Notes under the pieces: model-generated
What the model saw: the letters and a program-made list of their open reading frames with translations, nothing else
Told to the model about the DNA's origin: nothing
Databases searched by the model: none
In this document: in pieces, positions 1 through 13,474 of the stretch
Layout of the letters: each line of letters opens with the position of its first letter
Numbering within the stretch: position 1 is the first letter of the stretch
Program-made: the position numbers and the translations under genes
Source of the DNA: Mobula hypostoma
Lineage: Eukaryota
DNA length: 64,000 nucleotides
NCBI RefSeq assembly: GCF_963921235.1
Contig: NC_086108.1
Location: forward strand, 86,058,001-86,122,000
Reading direction: 5' to 3'

Positions 1-1849
1 AAGCAATTAGCTATGTAAAGAGATAGATTTAACCTTTAAACATCTGGAACTACCTTCACCTGTGAATTATCTCTGAATGCACCTGACCTTTCTGAGATAC
101 TGTATTTCATACAATGAGAACATTTTCCATTTACTGCAGCCTGACTAGCAGATTAGCTATTTGCTTTAAAGTAGTTGAAAGCAGCTCTGGAAAGGAAGAT
201 TATTTATCCCAGAACTTAAATTGGTCCTAAATATAGTTACTAATACTTTCATCTTACCATAATTACTTAGTTGTAATCACTTCAGTGCTATACTTTGATA
301 GCAGTTAAAAAAACTCCTGGAATTTCATCCAACCCTGATAGTGCATAACATGTTGTATAGTATCATCAACATGTGGCAGCCCTTGTTCAACATTCTTCCT
401 ATTGAAGTCAACAAGGGTAAAGTTATAGGCAATCTTGTTTCCATAAATTGCTGCTTCTGTTACATCATGTCCGCCATTGAACCAGTCCTTGGGATAACAC
501 TGGCAACACCTTGTGACTGAGCATCAGTTCTCTCCAATAATCATCCTCATATGAAATGGCAGCTCTAATAATTTCCCTGCTAATACAAACCCAAGTTTTA
601 CATGCTCCAAATAAATTGTAACTTTGAGAATTAGTGTTGGAGCTTCTCTGGGAGCCTGTAACCATAATCTTCAGTTTGGTTCTGCAGCATCTCAAGGGCT
701 TATTCTGTAGATAATTTCAAACTGACAGTTAAAATAAAGGTTTTGCCTCTATAGATTATACATTTCAGCTTTAAAATGTACATATGTTGCATAACGCCTT
801 ATAAGCAGTGAGATTAGTTTTGGTCTGAAATTTGAAATGTCTGCATTTCAATCATTTCAAACCAAGTGGGGCCCTTCTGAATCATTAATATTGTCTTATG
901 ACAGCTGCCTTCAGGAACACTCACAATTAGTGAGTCATGTCAGTAAAAACTATGCAGCAAAAATACCCACGGCTAAGATGTTGGCAGTAGATGAGTAGAC
1001 GCTATACATTAGAGAAATGTTGTGAGCCAGTCAGAAGATGATTGCTGTGAAGCAGATGAACAAGAACATAATGTTAAATAAAAGAAAGGAAATAAGAAAA
1101 GGTTGAATGATGAGATAATATTATATTATGCTGTTATGATGAACATTAGAAATAATGAAAGAACTAATAAAATATTGATTCTATTAGGTAAGAAAATAAC
1201 TTAATACAAGTGGAAAAGGGCAAGTGATGTTACTGATACAGCCTACATAAAGAAGATATTTCTTTCATGGATGTGAACAGTGAATACATCAGGCTGAACC
1301 TAGCACCATCTTTTTCCATTTCTTTCCTACTTTTCACAACATGGATCCACCTTCATTGCACTAGTGTATAAATTATCAGTTTCTATTGTGTCTGGTGACC
1401 ATATCCAGCATATATTTACAGCCTGAACTTCTTTGTCCCTTTTTGCCTTCTAAACTTTCTCATGGATCCGCTAATCATGCATCTCAACAGAATCACTTTT
1501 CCACTTCCTTCATACTGATCGTGCATCGCCAGGTATTTTCAATGTTCTTGGGTCTGGTAAATCTCCTGTCTTTTTGCCCTGTGCTCACCTATCATTCCAA
1601 TTTTCAAGGTGATTTACACAGACTTCTCCAACCTAGTATACTCCGTTCCATGGCCCCCGTCCTACTGCCGCCTGTGTTCCAGAACTTACCGTGTTTACTT
1701 ATTTTATCTTACCTGCTTATTCTTTATTTTCTAACCTAGTTTTACCAAACAACTCCTCTTCTGGACCCCTTGTTCCTCTCTTTTACAAACGCTGACTTTA
1801 TCAATGTCTCACCTTAACCAAATTTCTTTATTTCTGATCTCACCTTCAT

Positions 1850-2835
1850 AGAATTATGGAAACGTACAGCACAGAAACAGGTCCTATAACCCAGGTCCTG
1901 CAGTCTCAGCAATATCCTTGTAAATTTTATCTGTACCCTTCAACTTTATTTACATCTTTCCTGCAGGTAGGTGACTAAAACTGCACACAATACTACACAT
2001 TAGGCCTCATAAACATCTTATACAATTTTAACATAACATTCCAACACTTTGATTTATGGAGGCCAATGTGACAATAACTTTCTTTGTGACCCTATCTACC
2101 TGTGTTGCCACTTTCAATAAATTATGGACCTGTATTCCCAGATCCCTTTGTCCCTACCACATTCCTCAGTATCCTACCGTTCACTGTGTAAGACCCACCC
2201 CGGTTGGTTCTACTGAAGTGCAACATCTTGCATTTGGCTGCATAAATTCCATCTGCCATTTTTGAACTCACATTTCCTGCTGGTCCAGATCTTGCTGCAA
2301 GCTCTGATAGTCTTCCCTGATGTTTACTACAACTCTAATCTTGGTGCCATCTGAAAATTTGCTGATCCAGTTAACCACATTATCATCCAAATCATTAATA
2401 TAGATGACAAACAACAAAGGACCCAGCACCGATCCCTGCAGCACTCCACTAGTCACAGGCCTCCAGTCAGAGAGGCAAACATTTACTACCACTCTCTGGC
2501 TTCTCCCACAAAGCCAATATCTAATCCAATTTACTACCTCATTTTGAATGCAAAGTGACTGAATCTTCCTAACCAACCTCTCATCGGTCCTTATTAAATG
2601 ACTTGCTGAAGTCCATCTAGACACCATCTACTGCCTTGCCTTCATCAACTTTCCTTGAAAAACACTATAAGCTTGATTAAACATGACCTACCATGCACAA
2701 AGCCATGCTGACAATCCCTAATCCTTGTCTATCAAAATAATTATACATCCAGACCCTCAGAATAAATTCCAATATATTTCCCATAACTGATGTCAGGCTC
2801 ACTGGCCTATAATTTCCTGGTTTATTTTTAGAGCC
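1850..2835 (-). mobile_element. CR1-clade LINE, 5'-truncated 3' part (decayed RT C-terminus and 3' UTR)
   Basis: ORF 2268-2627(-) has [39 protein letters not shown] and ISKFSDGTK (CR1 RT motifs). Its 3' tail near 1850-1890 resembles the copy at 63135-64000. Confidence 0.9.
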
Positions 2836-2849
2836 TTTGAGAGCCTTTG

Positions 2850-5800
2850 TACGGGGCCGATCAGCGGTGTCAACAAAGCTCTACTAAGAACAAGTGTTTT
2901 TCGCATGTTGGTGGTGATTACTTAAAAAGAGAGATTCGAGGGCATTTGTCCATTGTACATGGGATAAGTGGAGTGGCCATTGTCGGGAGTAGGCCAGTGG
3001 TGAGAGTAAGCAACAGGCTTTGACTCGGAAGAGGTGTCGGCTCTGGGTAAAACGTCTGTTAAGTGTTCCTTTTCTATCTTTTTTTCCTCTCTGACTGTAT
3101 AATTTAAGATGGCTGTGGTGTGTTCTTCGTGCCAGATGTTGGAGAACTGGGAGACCCAGAGTCTCCCAGGGAACTACATCTGCGTGAAATGCATCTGGCT
3201 GCAGTTCCTTGAAGACTGTGTTAGGGATCTGGAGCAACAACTGGATGACCTTCAGCTTGTATGGGAGAGTGAGGAGATAATTGATCAAAGCCACAGGGAA
3301 GTTGCAGGAGGTGAGAAGCTGGGTGACTGTTAGGAGAAATGAAAATAGGCAGTTCGAGCAGAGCACCCCAGCTTTGGATACTTTTGTTGGGGATGTCCTC
3401 CTGGGAAAATGCCATGGCAACTGGGTTACAGGCACTGAGCATGACTTAGTTGCAGCCAGCAGGCTGAGTATCAAAACATTTGGGATGCAGAATCAGGAAG
3501 GATTGCAAATACGGTACTCAAGGTGTTGTATCTAAATGCGTGTAGTATAAGAAATAAGGTGGATGATCTTGTTGCACTATCACAGATTGCCAGGTATGGC
3601 GATCATTGTAGTGACCATCACTGAATTGTGGCTGAAGGATGGCTGTAGTTGGGAGCTGAATGTCCAAGGTTACACATTGTTTTGGAGGGATAGGAAGGTA
3701 GGCAGAGGGGGAGGCGTGGCTCCACTGGCAAAGAATGGCATCAAATCAGTAGAAAGATGTGACATCGGATCAGAAGATGTTGATTCCTTGTGTGTTGAGT
3801 TAGAAACTGCAAGGGTAAAAGGACATTGATGGCAGTTATATACAGGCCTCCCAACAGTGGTTGGGAGGTGAACCACAGGTTACAACAAGAAATAGAAAAG
3901 GCGAGTCAAAAGGGCAATGTTATGGTAGTCATAAGAGATTTTAACATGCAGGTTGATTGGGAAAATCACGTTGATAATGGATCTCAAGCGAATGAGTTTG
4001 CTGAATGCCTAAGAGATGGCTTTTTAGAGCAGTTTGTCACTGAGCCTACTAGGGGATCAGCTACACTGGATTGGGTGTTATGTAATGAACCAGAGGTGAC
4101 TAGGGAGCATAGGGTAAAAGAAACCCTTAGGAACTAGTGATCACAATATGATTGAGTTCAACTTGAAATTTGATAGGGAGAAAGTTAAGTCTGGTGTAGC
4201 AGTATTTCAGTGGAGTAAGGGAAATTACAGTGGTATGAGAGAGGAGTTGGCCAAAGTAAATTGGAAGAAACAGCTGGCTGGGATGTCAGCAGTGCAGCAA
4301 TGGTGTGCATTTCTGGGAAAAATAAAGAAGGTGCAGGAATATGCATTCCAAAAATGAAGAAAAACTCAAATGATAAAATAGTACATCCGTGGCTGACAAG
4401 GGAGCTCGAAGCTAATGTAAAAGCAAAAGAAAGGGCATACAACATAGCAAAAATTAGTGGAAACATAGAGGATTGGGAAGTATTTAAAAACCTACAGAAA
4501 ACAACTAAAAAATCATTAGAAGGGAAAAGATGAAATATGAAAGCAAGCTAGCAAATAATATCAAAGTGGATAGTAAAAATTTTTTCAAATATGTTAAAAA
4601 TAAAAGAGAAATGAGAGTGGATATAGAACTGGTAGAAAATGAGGCAGGAGAAATAATAACGGAGGACAGGGAGATGGCTGATGAACTAAATGAGTATTTT
4701 GCATCTGTCTTCACTGTGGAAGACACTAGCAGTATGCTTGATGTTGTAGTGTGTGAAGGAAGAGAAGTGAGTGCAGTTACTATTACAAGGGAGAAGGTGC
4801 TCAAAAAGCTGAAAGACCTAAAGGTACATAAATCACCCGGATCAGAGGAACTGCACCCTAGGGTTCTGAAAGAGGTAGTGCTAGAGATTGTGGTGGCATT
4901 AGAAATGATCTTTCAAAAATTGTTGGACTCAGGCATGATACCTGAGAACTGGAAAATTGCAAATGTCACTCCAGTCTTTAAGGAAGCAGGAAGTCAGCAG
5001 AAAGGAAATTATAGACCTGTTACCCTGACCTCAGTAGTTGGAAGATGTGAGAGTCAATTGATAAGGATGAGGTGATGGAGTACTTGTGACACAGGACAAG
5101 ATAGTACAAAGTCAGCATGTTTTCCTTCAGGGAATATCCTGCCTGACAAAACTGTTGAAATTATTTGAGGAGATTACAAGTAGGACAGATAAAGTGGATG
5201 TAGTGGATGTTGTATATTTGGACTTTCAGAAGGCCATTGACAAGGTACCACACATGAGGCTGCTTACCAAGTTAAGAGCCCATGGAATTACGGGAAAGTT
5301 AGCAACAGGGTTAGAGCATCGGTTGATTGGTAGGAGGCAGCGAGTGGGAATAAAAGGATCTTTTTCTGGTTGGCTGCCAGTGACTAGTGGTGTTCCGCAG
5401 GGGTCGATGTTGGGACTGCTTCTTTTTATGCTGTGTATCAGTGACTTAGATGATGGAATAGATGGCTTTGTTGCTAAGTTTTTAGGTGATATGAAGATTG
5501 ATGGAGGGGCAGGCAGTGCTGAGGAAACAGGTGGGATGCAGAAGATCTTAGACAGGTTAGGAGAATGAGAAAGAAAGTGGCAACTGAAATACAATGTTGG
5601 AAAATGCATGGTCATGCACTTTGGTAGTAGAAATAAATGTGCAGACTATTTTCTAAATGGAGAGACAATCCAAAAATCTGAGATGCAAAGGGACTTGCGA
5701 GTCTTGTGCAGAGCACCTTAAAGGTTAACTTGCAGGTGGTGAGGAAGGCAAATGCCATGTTAGCATTCATTTCAAGCGGTCTAGAATACAAGAGCAAAGA

Positions 5801-6243
5801 TGTGATGCTGAGGCCTGGTGAGGCCTCACCTTGAGTATTGTGAGCAGTTTTGGGCTCCTCATCTGAGAAAAGACGCGCTGGCATTGGAGGTTGTCCAGAG
5901 GAGGTCCACAAGGACGATTCCAGGAATGAAAGGGTTATCATACGAGGAATGTTTGATGGCTCTTGGTCTGTACATGCTGGAATTCAGAAGGATGATTGGG
6001 GACCTCATTGAAACTTTTCAAATGTTGAAAGGCCTAGAAATGTTTCCCATGGTGGGAGAGTCTAGGACAAGAGGGCACAGCCTCAGGATAGAGGGGTACC
6101 CTTTCAAAACAGAGATGAGGAGAAATTTCTTTAGCCAAAGGGTGGTGAATTTGTTGCCACATGCAGCTGTGGAGGCCAGATCGTTTGGTGTATTTAAGGC
6201 AGAGATTGATAGGTTCTTTATTGGACAGGGCATCAAAGGTTAC
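2850..6243 (+). mobile_element. CR1 LINE, near full length, decayed (5' UTR, ORF1 Cys-finger N-terminus, APE endonuclease, RT)
   Basis: ORF1 start MAVVCSSCQM...YICVKC (3109). Endonuclease pieces ITELWL, RGGGVA, VIYRPP, DFNM, EPTRGSATLDWVL. RT pieces WKIANVTPVFK, NYRPV, YLDFQKAIDKVPH, SGVPQGSMLG, RPHLEYCEQFWAP. Many frameshifts; the ORF1 esterase part appears deleted. Confidence 0.93.
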
Positions 6244-9200
6244 TAGACAGAGTAGCAGTAGGCAGGTAGTGCAGGAGTCCCCTGAGGTCATATCCCTCCT
6301 AAACAGATATACTGTTTTGGATACTGTTGGGGGAGATGTCTCATCAGGGGAAGGCAGCAGCAGCCGAGTTCATGGCACCATGGGTGGCTCTGCGGAACAG
6401 GAGGGAAGGAAAAGGAGTGGGAGAGCTATAGTGATAGGGGATTCGATTATAAGGGAAATAGATGGGCCTTTCTCCGGCTGCAAACGAGACTCCAGGAGGG
6501 TATGTTGCCTCCCTGGTGCAAGGGTCAAGGATGTCTCTGAGCGGCTGCAGGACATTCTGGAGTGGGAGGGTAAGCAGCTAGTGGTCGTGGTGCACATAGG
6601 TACCAACAAAATAGGTAAAAAAACGGGATGAGGTCCTACAAGGTGACTTTAGGGAGTTAGGAGATAAACTAAAAAGTAGGACCACAAAGGTAATAATCTC
6701 TGGATTACTGCCAGTGCCATGTGCTAGTCAGAGTAGAAATAGGAGGATATATCAGATGAATACGTGGCTTGAAAACTGGTGCAAGGGGTGGATTCAAATT
6801 TCTGGGGCATTAGAACCAGTTCTGGAGGAGGAGGGACTGGTACGAACAGGACGGTCTGCACCTGGGCTGGACTGGAACCAATGTCTTAAGGGGAGGATTT
6901 GCTACTCTTGTTCAGGAGGATTTAAACTAATGTGACGGGGGTTGGGAACAAGTGCAGAGAAACAGGGGTGTAAAATGAGGGTAGAAGCAAAAAGTAGTAA
7001 GGTGAAAAGTAGAAGTGGCAGGCAGGCAAATCCAGGACAAAAATCAAAAAGGGCCACTTTTCAACATAATTGTATAAGGGCTAAGAATGTTGTAAAAGCA
7101 AGCCTGAAGGCTTTGTGTGTCAATGCAAGGAGCATTCATAACAAGGTGGATGAATTGAAAGTGCAGATAGTTATTAATGAATATGATATAGTTGGGATCA
7201 CAGAGACATGGCTCCAGGGTGACCAAGGATGGGAGCTCAGCATTCAGGAGGGATAGACATGAAAGAAAAGGAGGTGGGGTAGCATTGCTGGTTAGAGAGG
7301 AGATTAATGCAATAGAAAGGAAGGACATTAGCCGGGAGGATGTGGAATCGGTATGGGTAGAGCTGCATAACACTAAAGGGCAGAAAACGCTGGTGGGAGT
7401 TGTGTACAGGCCACCTAACAGTAGTAGTGAGGTTGGGGATGGCATTAAACAGGAAATTAGAAATTTGTGCAATAAAGGAACAGCAGTTATAATGGGTAAC
7501 TTCAATCTACATATAGATTGGGTGAACCAAATTGGTAAGGGTGCTGAGGAAGAGGATTTCTTGGAATGTATGCGGGATGGCTTTCTGAACCAACATGTCG
7601 AGGAACCAACTAGAGAGCAGGCCATTCTAGATTGGGTATTGAGCAATGAGGAAGGGTTAATTAGCAACCTTGTCGTGAGAGGCCCCTTGGGTAAGAGTGA
7701 CCATAATATGGGGGAATTCTTCATTAAGCTGGAGAGTGACATAATTCAGAAACAAAGGTTCTGAACTTAAAGAAGGGTAACTTTGAAGGTATGAGACGTG
7801 AATTAGCTAAGATAAACTGGCAAATGATATTTAAAGGGTTGACGGTGGATATGCAATGGTAAGCATTTAAAGATCGCATTGTTCATCCCAGTTTGGCAAA
7901 AAAAGAAACCAGGGAAGGTAGTGCACCCGTGGCTGACAAGAGAAATTAGGGATAGTATCAAATCCAAAGAAGAAACATACAAATTAGCCAGAAAAAGTGG
8001 CATACCTGAGGACTAGGAGAAATTCAGAGTCCAGCAGAGGAGGGCAAAAGGTTTAATTAAGAAAGGGAAAAACGATTATGAGAGAAAACTGGCAGCGAAC
8101 ATTAAAACTGACTGTAAAAGCTTTTATAGATATGTGAAAAGAAAAAGACTGGTTAAGACAAATGTAGGTTCCTTACAGTCAGAAACAGGTGAATTGATTA
8201 TGGGGAAGAAGGGCATGGCCCAGCAATTGAATAATTACTTTGGTTCTGTCTTCACTAAGGAGGATATAAATAATCTTCCAGAAATAGTAGGGTCTGAGGG
8301 TCTAGTGAGATGAGGGAACTGAGGGAAATACATGTTAGTAGGGAAGTGGTGTTAGGTAAATTGAGGGATTAAAGGCAGATAAATCCCCAGGGCCAGATGG
8401 TTTGCATCCCAGAGTGCTTCAGGAAGTAGCCCAAGAAACAGTGGATGCATTAGGATAATTTTTCAAAACTCTTTAGATTCTGGACTAGTTCCTGAGGATT
8501 GGAGAGTGGCTAATGTAACCCCGCTTTTTAAAAAAGGAGGGAGAGAGAAACCAGGGAATTATAGACCGGTTAGCCTAACATCTGTGGTGGGGAAAATGCT
8601 AGAGTCAGTTATCAAAGATGTGATAACAGCACATTTGGAAAGCGGTGAAATCATCAGACAAGGTCAGCATGGATTTGTGAAAGGAAAATCATGTCTGACG
8701 AATCTCATAGAATTTTTTGAGGATGTAACTAGTAGAGTGGATAGTGGAGACCCAGTGGATGTGGTATATTTGGATTTTCAAAAGGCTTTTGACAAGGTCC
8801 CACATAAGAGATTAGCATGCAAACTTAAAGCACACGGTATTGGGGGTATGGTATTGATGTGGATAGAGAATTGGTTGGCAGACAGGAAGCAAAGAGTAGG
8901 AATAAACGGGACCTTTTCAGAATGGCAGGCAGTTACTAGTGGGGTACTGTAAGGCTCAGTGCTGGGACGCCAGTTGTTTACAATATATATTAATGACTTA
9001 GACGAAGGAATTAAACACAGCATCTTCAAGTCTGCGGATGACACGAAGCTGGGCGGCAGTGTTAGCTGTGAGGAGGATGCTAAGAGGATGCAGGGTGTCT
9101 TGGATAAGTTAGGTGAGTGGGCAAATTCATGGCAGATGCAATTTAATGTGGATAAATGTGAGGTTATCCACTGTGGTGGCAAAAACAGGAAAACAGATTA

Positions 9201-9802
9201 TTATCTGAATGGTGGCCGATTAGGAAAAGGGGAGGTGCAACGAGACCTGGGTGTCATTATACACCAGTCATTGAAAGTGGGCATGCAGGTACAGCAGGCG
9301 GTGAAAAAGGCGAATGGTATGCTGGCATTCATAGCAAGAGGATTCAAGTATAGGAGCAGGGAGGTACTACTGCAGTTGTACAAGGCCTTGGTGAGACCAC
9401 ACCTGGAGTATTGTGTGCAGTTTTGGTCCCCTAATCTGAGGAAAGACATTCTTGCCATAGAAGGATTACAAAGAAGGTTCACCAGATTGATTCCTAGGAT
9501 GGCAGGACTTTCATATGATGAAAGACTGGATCGACTAGGCTTATACTTGCTGGAATTTAGAAGATTGAGGGGGGATCTTATTGAAACGTATAAAATTCTA
9601 ATGGGATTGGACAGGCCAGATGCAGGAAGATTGCTCCCGATTTTGGGGAAGTCCAGAACAAGGGATCACATTTTAAGGATAAAGGGGAAGCCTTTTAGGA
9701 CCAAGATGAGGAAAAACTTCTTCACACAGAGGGTGGTGAATCTGTGGAATTCTCTGCCACAGGAAACAGTTGAGGCCAGTTCATTGGCTATATTTAAGAG
9801 GG
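6244..9802 (+). mobile_element. Second CR1 LINE (ORF1 SGNH esterase part plus ORF2 EN/RT), decayed, directly fused to the preceding copy
   Basis: RAIVIGDSIIR...VCCLPGARVKDV...VVVHIGTN (esterase). ALCVNARSI, VGITETWL and YRPPNS (endonuclease). ORFs 8506-8952 and 8959-9882 carry YLDFQKAFDKVPH, ADDTKLGG and RPHLEYCVQFWSP. The 3' end is cut by a Penelope fragment. Confidence 0.93.
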
Positions 9803-10437
9803 AACACACATCAAAGTTGCTGGTGAACACAGCAGGCCAGGCAGCATCTCTAGGAAGAGGCACAGTCGACGTTTTGGGCTGAGACCCTTCATCAGGACTA
9901 ACTGAAGGAAGAGCTAGTAAGAGATTTGAAAGTGGGAGGGGGAGGGGGAGATCCAAAATGATAGGAGAAGACAAGAGGGGGAGGGATGGAGCCAAGAGCT
10001 GGACGGGTAATTGGTAAAAGGGATATGAGAGGATCATGGGACAGGAGGCCCAGGGAGAAGGAAAAGGGGGAGGGGGGGAAAAACCCAGAGGATGGGCAAG
10101 GGGTATAGTCAGAGGGACAAAGGGAGAAAAAGGAGAGAGAGAGAAAGAATGTGTGTATATAAATAAATAACGGACGGGGTACGAGGGGGAGGTGGGGCAT
10201 AAGATGTCTATCCATGGCCTCCTCTACTGTAAAGATGAAGCCACACTCAAGTTGGAGGAACAACACCTTATATTCCGTCTGGGTAGCCTCCAATCTGATG
10301 GCATGAACATTGACTTCTCTAACTTCCACTAATGCCCCATCTCCCCCTCGTACCCCATCTATTATTTATTTATATACACACATTTTTTCTCTCTCTCTCC
10401 TTTTTCTCCCCCTGTCCCTCTGACTATACCCCTTGCC
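9803..10437. mobile_element. Penelope-like element 3' fragments in head-to-head inverted arrangement
   Basis: 9803-10200 matches the 3' UTR of the element at 49786-53104 (minus strand). 10203-10437 is plus-strand GIY-YIG C-terminus (EATLKLEEQHLIFRLGSLQ) followed by 3' UTR. Confidence 0.88.
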
Positions 10438-10449
10438 TCTGGTTGTTCA

Positions 10450-10630
10450 CCCTCCCACTTAAGAGTGTTGAGGACTCGATCTGAGATGTCCTGGAGCCTG
10501 GCACCATACCATCCAGGAATCTCATTTTCATCCACAGAACCTCCTTTCTATTCCCTGAACTACTGAATCCCCTATCACCACAGCTCACCTGTTCTCCCCT
10601 CCCCCTTCTGGGTCACAGAGCCAGAGACCC
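10450..10630 (-). mobile_element. CR1 ORF1 esterase remnant
   Basis: Reverse complement resembles the AVVIGDS...CCLPGARV region of the other CR1 ORF1 copies in this window. Confidence 0.5.
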
Positions 10631-12469
10631 AAGATCCATGTTCTGCCATGATCCCACTCATTATAGAGCGATTGTTTTCAACATTAGTCTTCTTAAGTTC
10701 TTTTGATATCTTTCAAATATGACCTTTGTGGGGATTTTCAGATAGTTTATTTTATATATCAGAGACTTCTCTTTCCAGACATTGGTGTTTATGTCGGAGT
10801 TATTATAAGCACAGCAGTTAGTGTTGTGTTTAAAATAAGGCTTTCTTACTGTCATGGTCATAGTGTTCTTTTTATGATTATTTTGTCATCTTATATTTGA
10901 AAAATAATTTTAATTCTTGTGACTGAGGCTGCATATTACAGTTCAAATTATTAAAAGAGGCACTGATGTAAAATTAACCTTGACTGTTAGCTATTTCACA
11001 ATCACATGAAGTGAACAAAAATAACAAAAGGTATAGCACTTTGCCAGCATTCTCACTAGAAGAAAAACTCAAGCAATGTAACCTGTAACACAATCATATA
11101 TGTGTAAATAAATATGAGTTTTTAGTTGTTACAAGTAGACATCTCCATCTTGGTGGGCTGAGACAAGGTGAAGGGCAATATCAAGCTGCCAAAATATATC
11201 ATTCTGCCTGTGAACTAGAGTTGTCTGTCAGCTCCTCCCACAGATTCTTTTATCGACCATCAGTTGCTGTGAGAAGCTGCCATACCATATCAGTTCACAC
11301 AGGCATCCGAACTGTCAATTTGTACTGCAGATGAAATACATAGCCTGAGCCATGCAATAGATCAACACAAATTTATTTATCCCAGTCCTGGGATACTTTG
11401 TACTTCACTGGTTAACTTACAAAACAAAACAGGCATGAGAACAAGGTTGCATTAACCATTTAACATTGTGTGGCCCAGAATGTCATATGCATCTTGCAAA
11501 AACGACTCATCCCCCACACCACCCACCACAATCTCCCCTCACTGCAATCCGATTTCTTTCACCTCTCCCAACACTTTCTTTATCTCCGAATGGCCTTTTT
11601 CCTGGTCAAACATGAACAGTCATCTGAGCAGTTGCTGAGGACAATTCCCAGCAGTATCTGACTGCTAGAGAGTGCAGCAAATCCTCCTACCAGCCAACTG
11701 GCTAGCCCCCATTGTGGACTTGTGCTGGACAGGAACGGGAGTGAACAAAATCTGAGGTCCTGTTGAATTGCACAGCAAGGTACCTGGGATCATGCTGCCA
11801 ATTTACTTGATCTTTAACTTTGTTTTTATTCTGATCTCTTTTATCCACAAAATGGCAGCCTCTGGTACAAAGGGAAATCAAGAAGCTTGTAGTAATTCAT
11901 TTCCTGGCATACTTCAACCAGTACAGGCCTTCCTCAGATCATGAACACCCAATATACTGTATGTACAACATGTATATTTGAAAGTCCGACTGGATGGATA
12001 GCAGACACTTGCAGAACTGCAGATATCTTCTGCTACACTTGGTTCATTGTAATATCTGAAAGGTTGCATTAATGCCCTTGCTTAACTACACATTGCCCTT
12101 GGTTGCCCTATATTTTTATTTAAATATGATGCCACGAACCTGCATTTTCGACTTGTAAGCTGGGTTGCTCTGTTTAAAATAAAAGTGCAGAGAATGTGCC
12201 TTTATCATTATGCAGGAATATGTTAATATATTTTGCTTTCTGTGAGTATTTATGAACACATCAATCAAACTACCACAGTAGTCTGACACTTGGACACTTA
12301 AAAAGCAAATGATTTTCCTCAGAGTTGGCCTCGGGTCTTTGTTATAGAACTGCAGCTCAGGGCTTAAAGCTATTGCTTGAAATTGCTTGCTGGTAGTCTT
12401 TCCTTGCTTTCTTTTTGTATTTACAGCTTGTTGTCTTTTGCACACAGGTTGTAAGCTCAAGCTGGCGAG

Positions 12470-12895
12470 GTCTTTCATTAATTCTATAATGGCTATTATT
12501 CTATGATGGATTTATTGAGCATGCCCACAAGAAAATGAATCTCAGGGTTGTATATAGTGACATATATGTACGATGATAATGAATTTACTGTGAACTTTGT
12601 CTTTTGCACGTGTCGCTCGTCAGTCTTTGCCTGTGTGTAGTTTTTCATTGATTCAATTGTATTTCTTTGTTTTTCTGTAAATGCCTGCAAGAAAATGAAC
12701 CTCGAGTTAGTATATGGTGACATATACACATTTTGATAATAAATTTATGCTGAACTTCAAACTTTATAGAGGAGCATAAAACTGTAGAAATGTGTGAGTT
12801 TTTCAGAAGTGTTTGTTTTTCAGTTCTATTGTATATCCTTATTTTCCTGTAATTACCTGCAAGAAAATCAATCTCAATTTACTTTGAACTTTGAA
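12470..12895 (+). mobile_element. Stack of three Rex1/Babar-type LINE 3' tails
   Basis: Three imperfect copies of GCCTGCAAGAAAATGAATCTC...TTTACT(T/G)TGAACTTT near 12520, 12680 and 12855. The same tail ends the Rex/Babar fragment at 16980-17848(-). Confidence 0.65.
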
Positions 12896-13474
12896 ATTAT
12901 TCTGAATGCCATCAGCATCTAAAAACATATTGCCTATAAGTGGTCCATTTCCAATCCACCTAACCCATTTGGACAATTGGAGTCATCTTCAAGCTAAAAT
13001 CATTTATTTTGATAACCTAAGAGAGTGTTATTTATTAAATGCCATGACAAGAGACTCAATTGAATAATTAACAAGAGCTTTGATTGTATATTGATTTCTC
13101 TGGCATGCTTTGACAATATGTCTTACATGTAGCATTCCTTTATCTCTTGCTTTGCAAAATGATACCAAAATGATGGCATGGATGTATGCTGTTGCAGCTC
13201 GTTAGTTTGCTAATGTGCTTTGCATGGGGTGCTGCAATGCTGGCTTGTATATTTGATTTCTCTGATCTTAGCCAGGCTGTTAGTCCACTGAATGAAGGCT
13301 CATCCCCACAGGGAAGAAGAGAAAGAAAATTGGAGGGCAGGCTTGCTCAAGCGTAACAGCAGTAACGGGCTGTGGGAAGATTGGTTGGCTGGCTACCCTC
13401 TCAGTTGGAAAGTGTAGAGTGCTGCAGGGTCATGAAGTACAGAAGCTTATAAAACAAAACCTTAGTGGCAAATA

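Noticed and set aside
465..695. 76-aa ORF in unique sequence as a host exon
   Set aside because: No recognisable homology or convincing splice pair, and the length is expected by chance.
2884..3474. 196-aa minus-strand ORF, and similar ORFs at 7044-7742 and 8778-9182
   Set aside because: Antisense shadows of CR1 sequence with no independent protein features.
6161..6631. Host SGNH/GDSL esterase gene
   Set aside because: It is the known esterase domain of CR1 ORF1, sits just upstream of ORF2, and is frameshifted.
10779..10816. 38-nt candidate exon (CTTTCCAG/.../GTTAGT)
   Set aside because: Weak donor. The only frame compatible with the 15943 candidate contains a stop, and the peptides are unrecognised.
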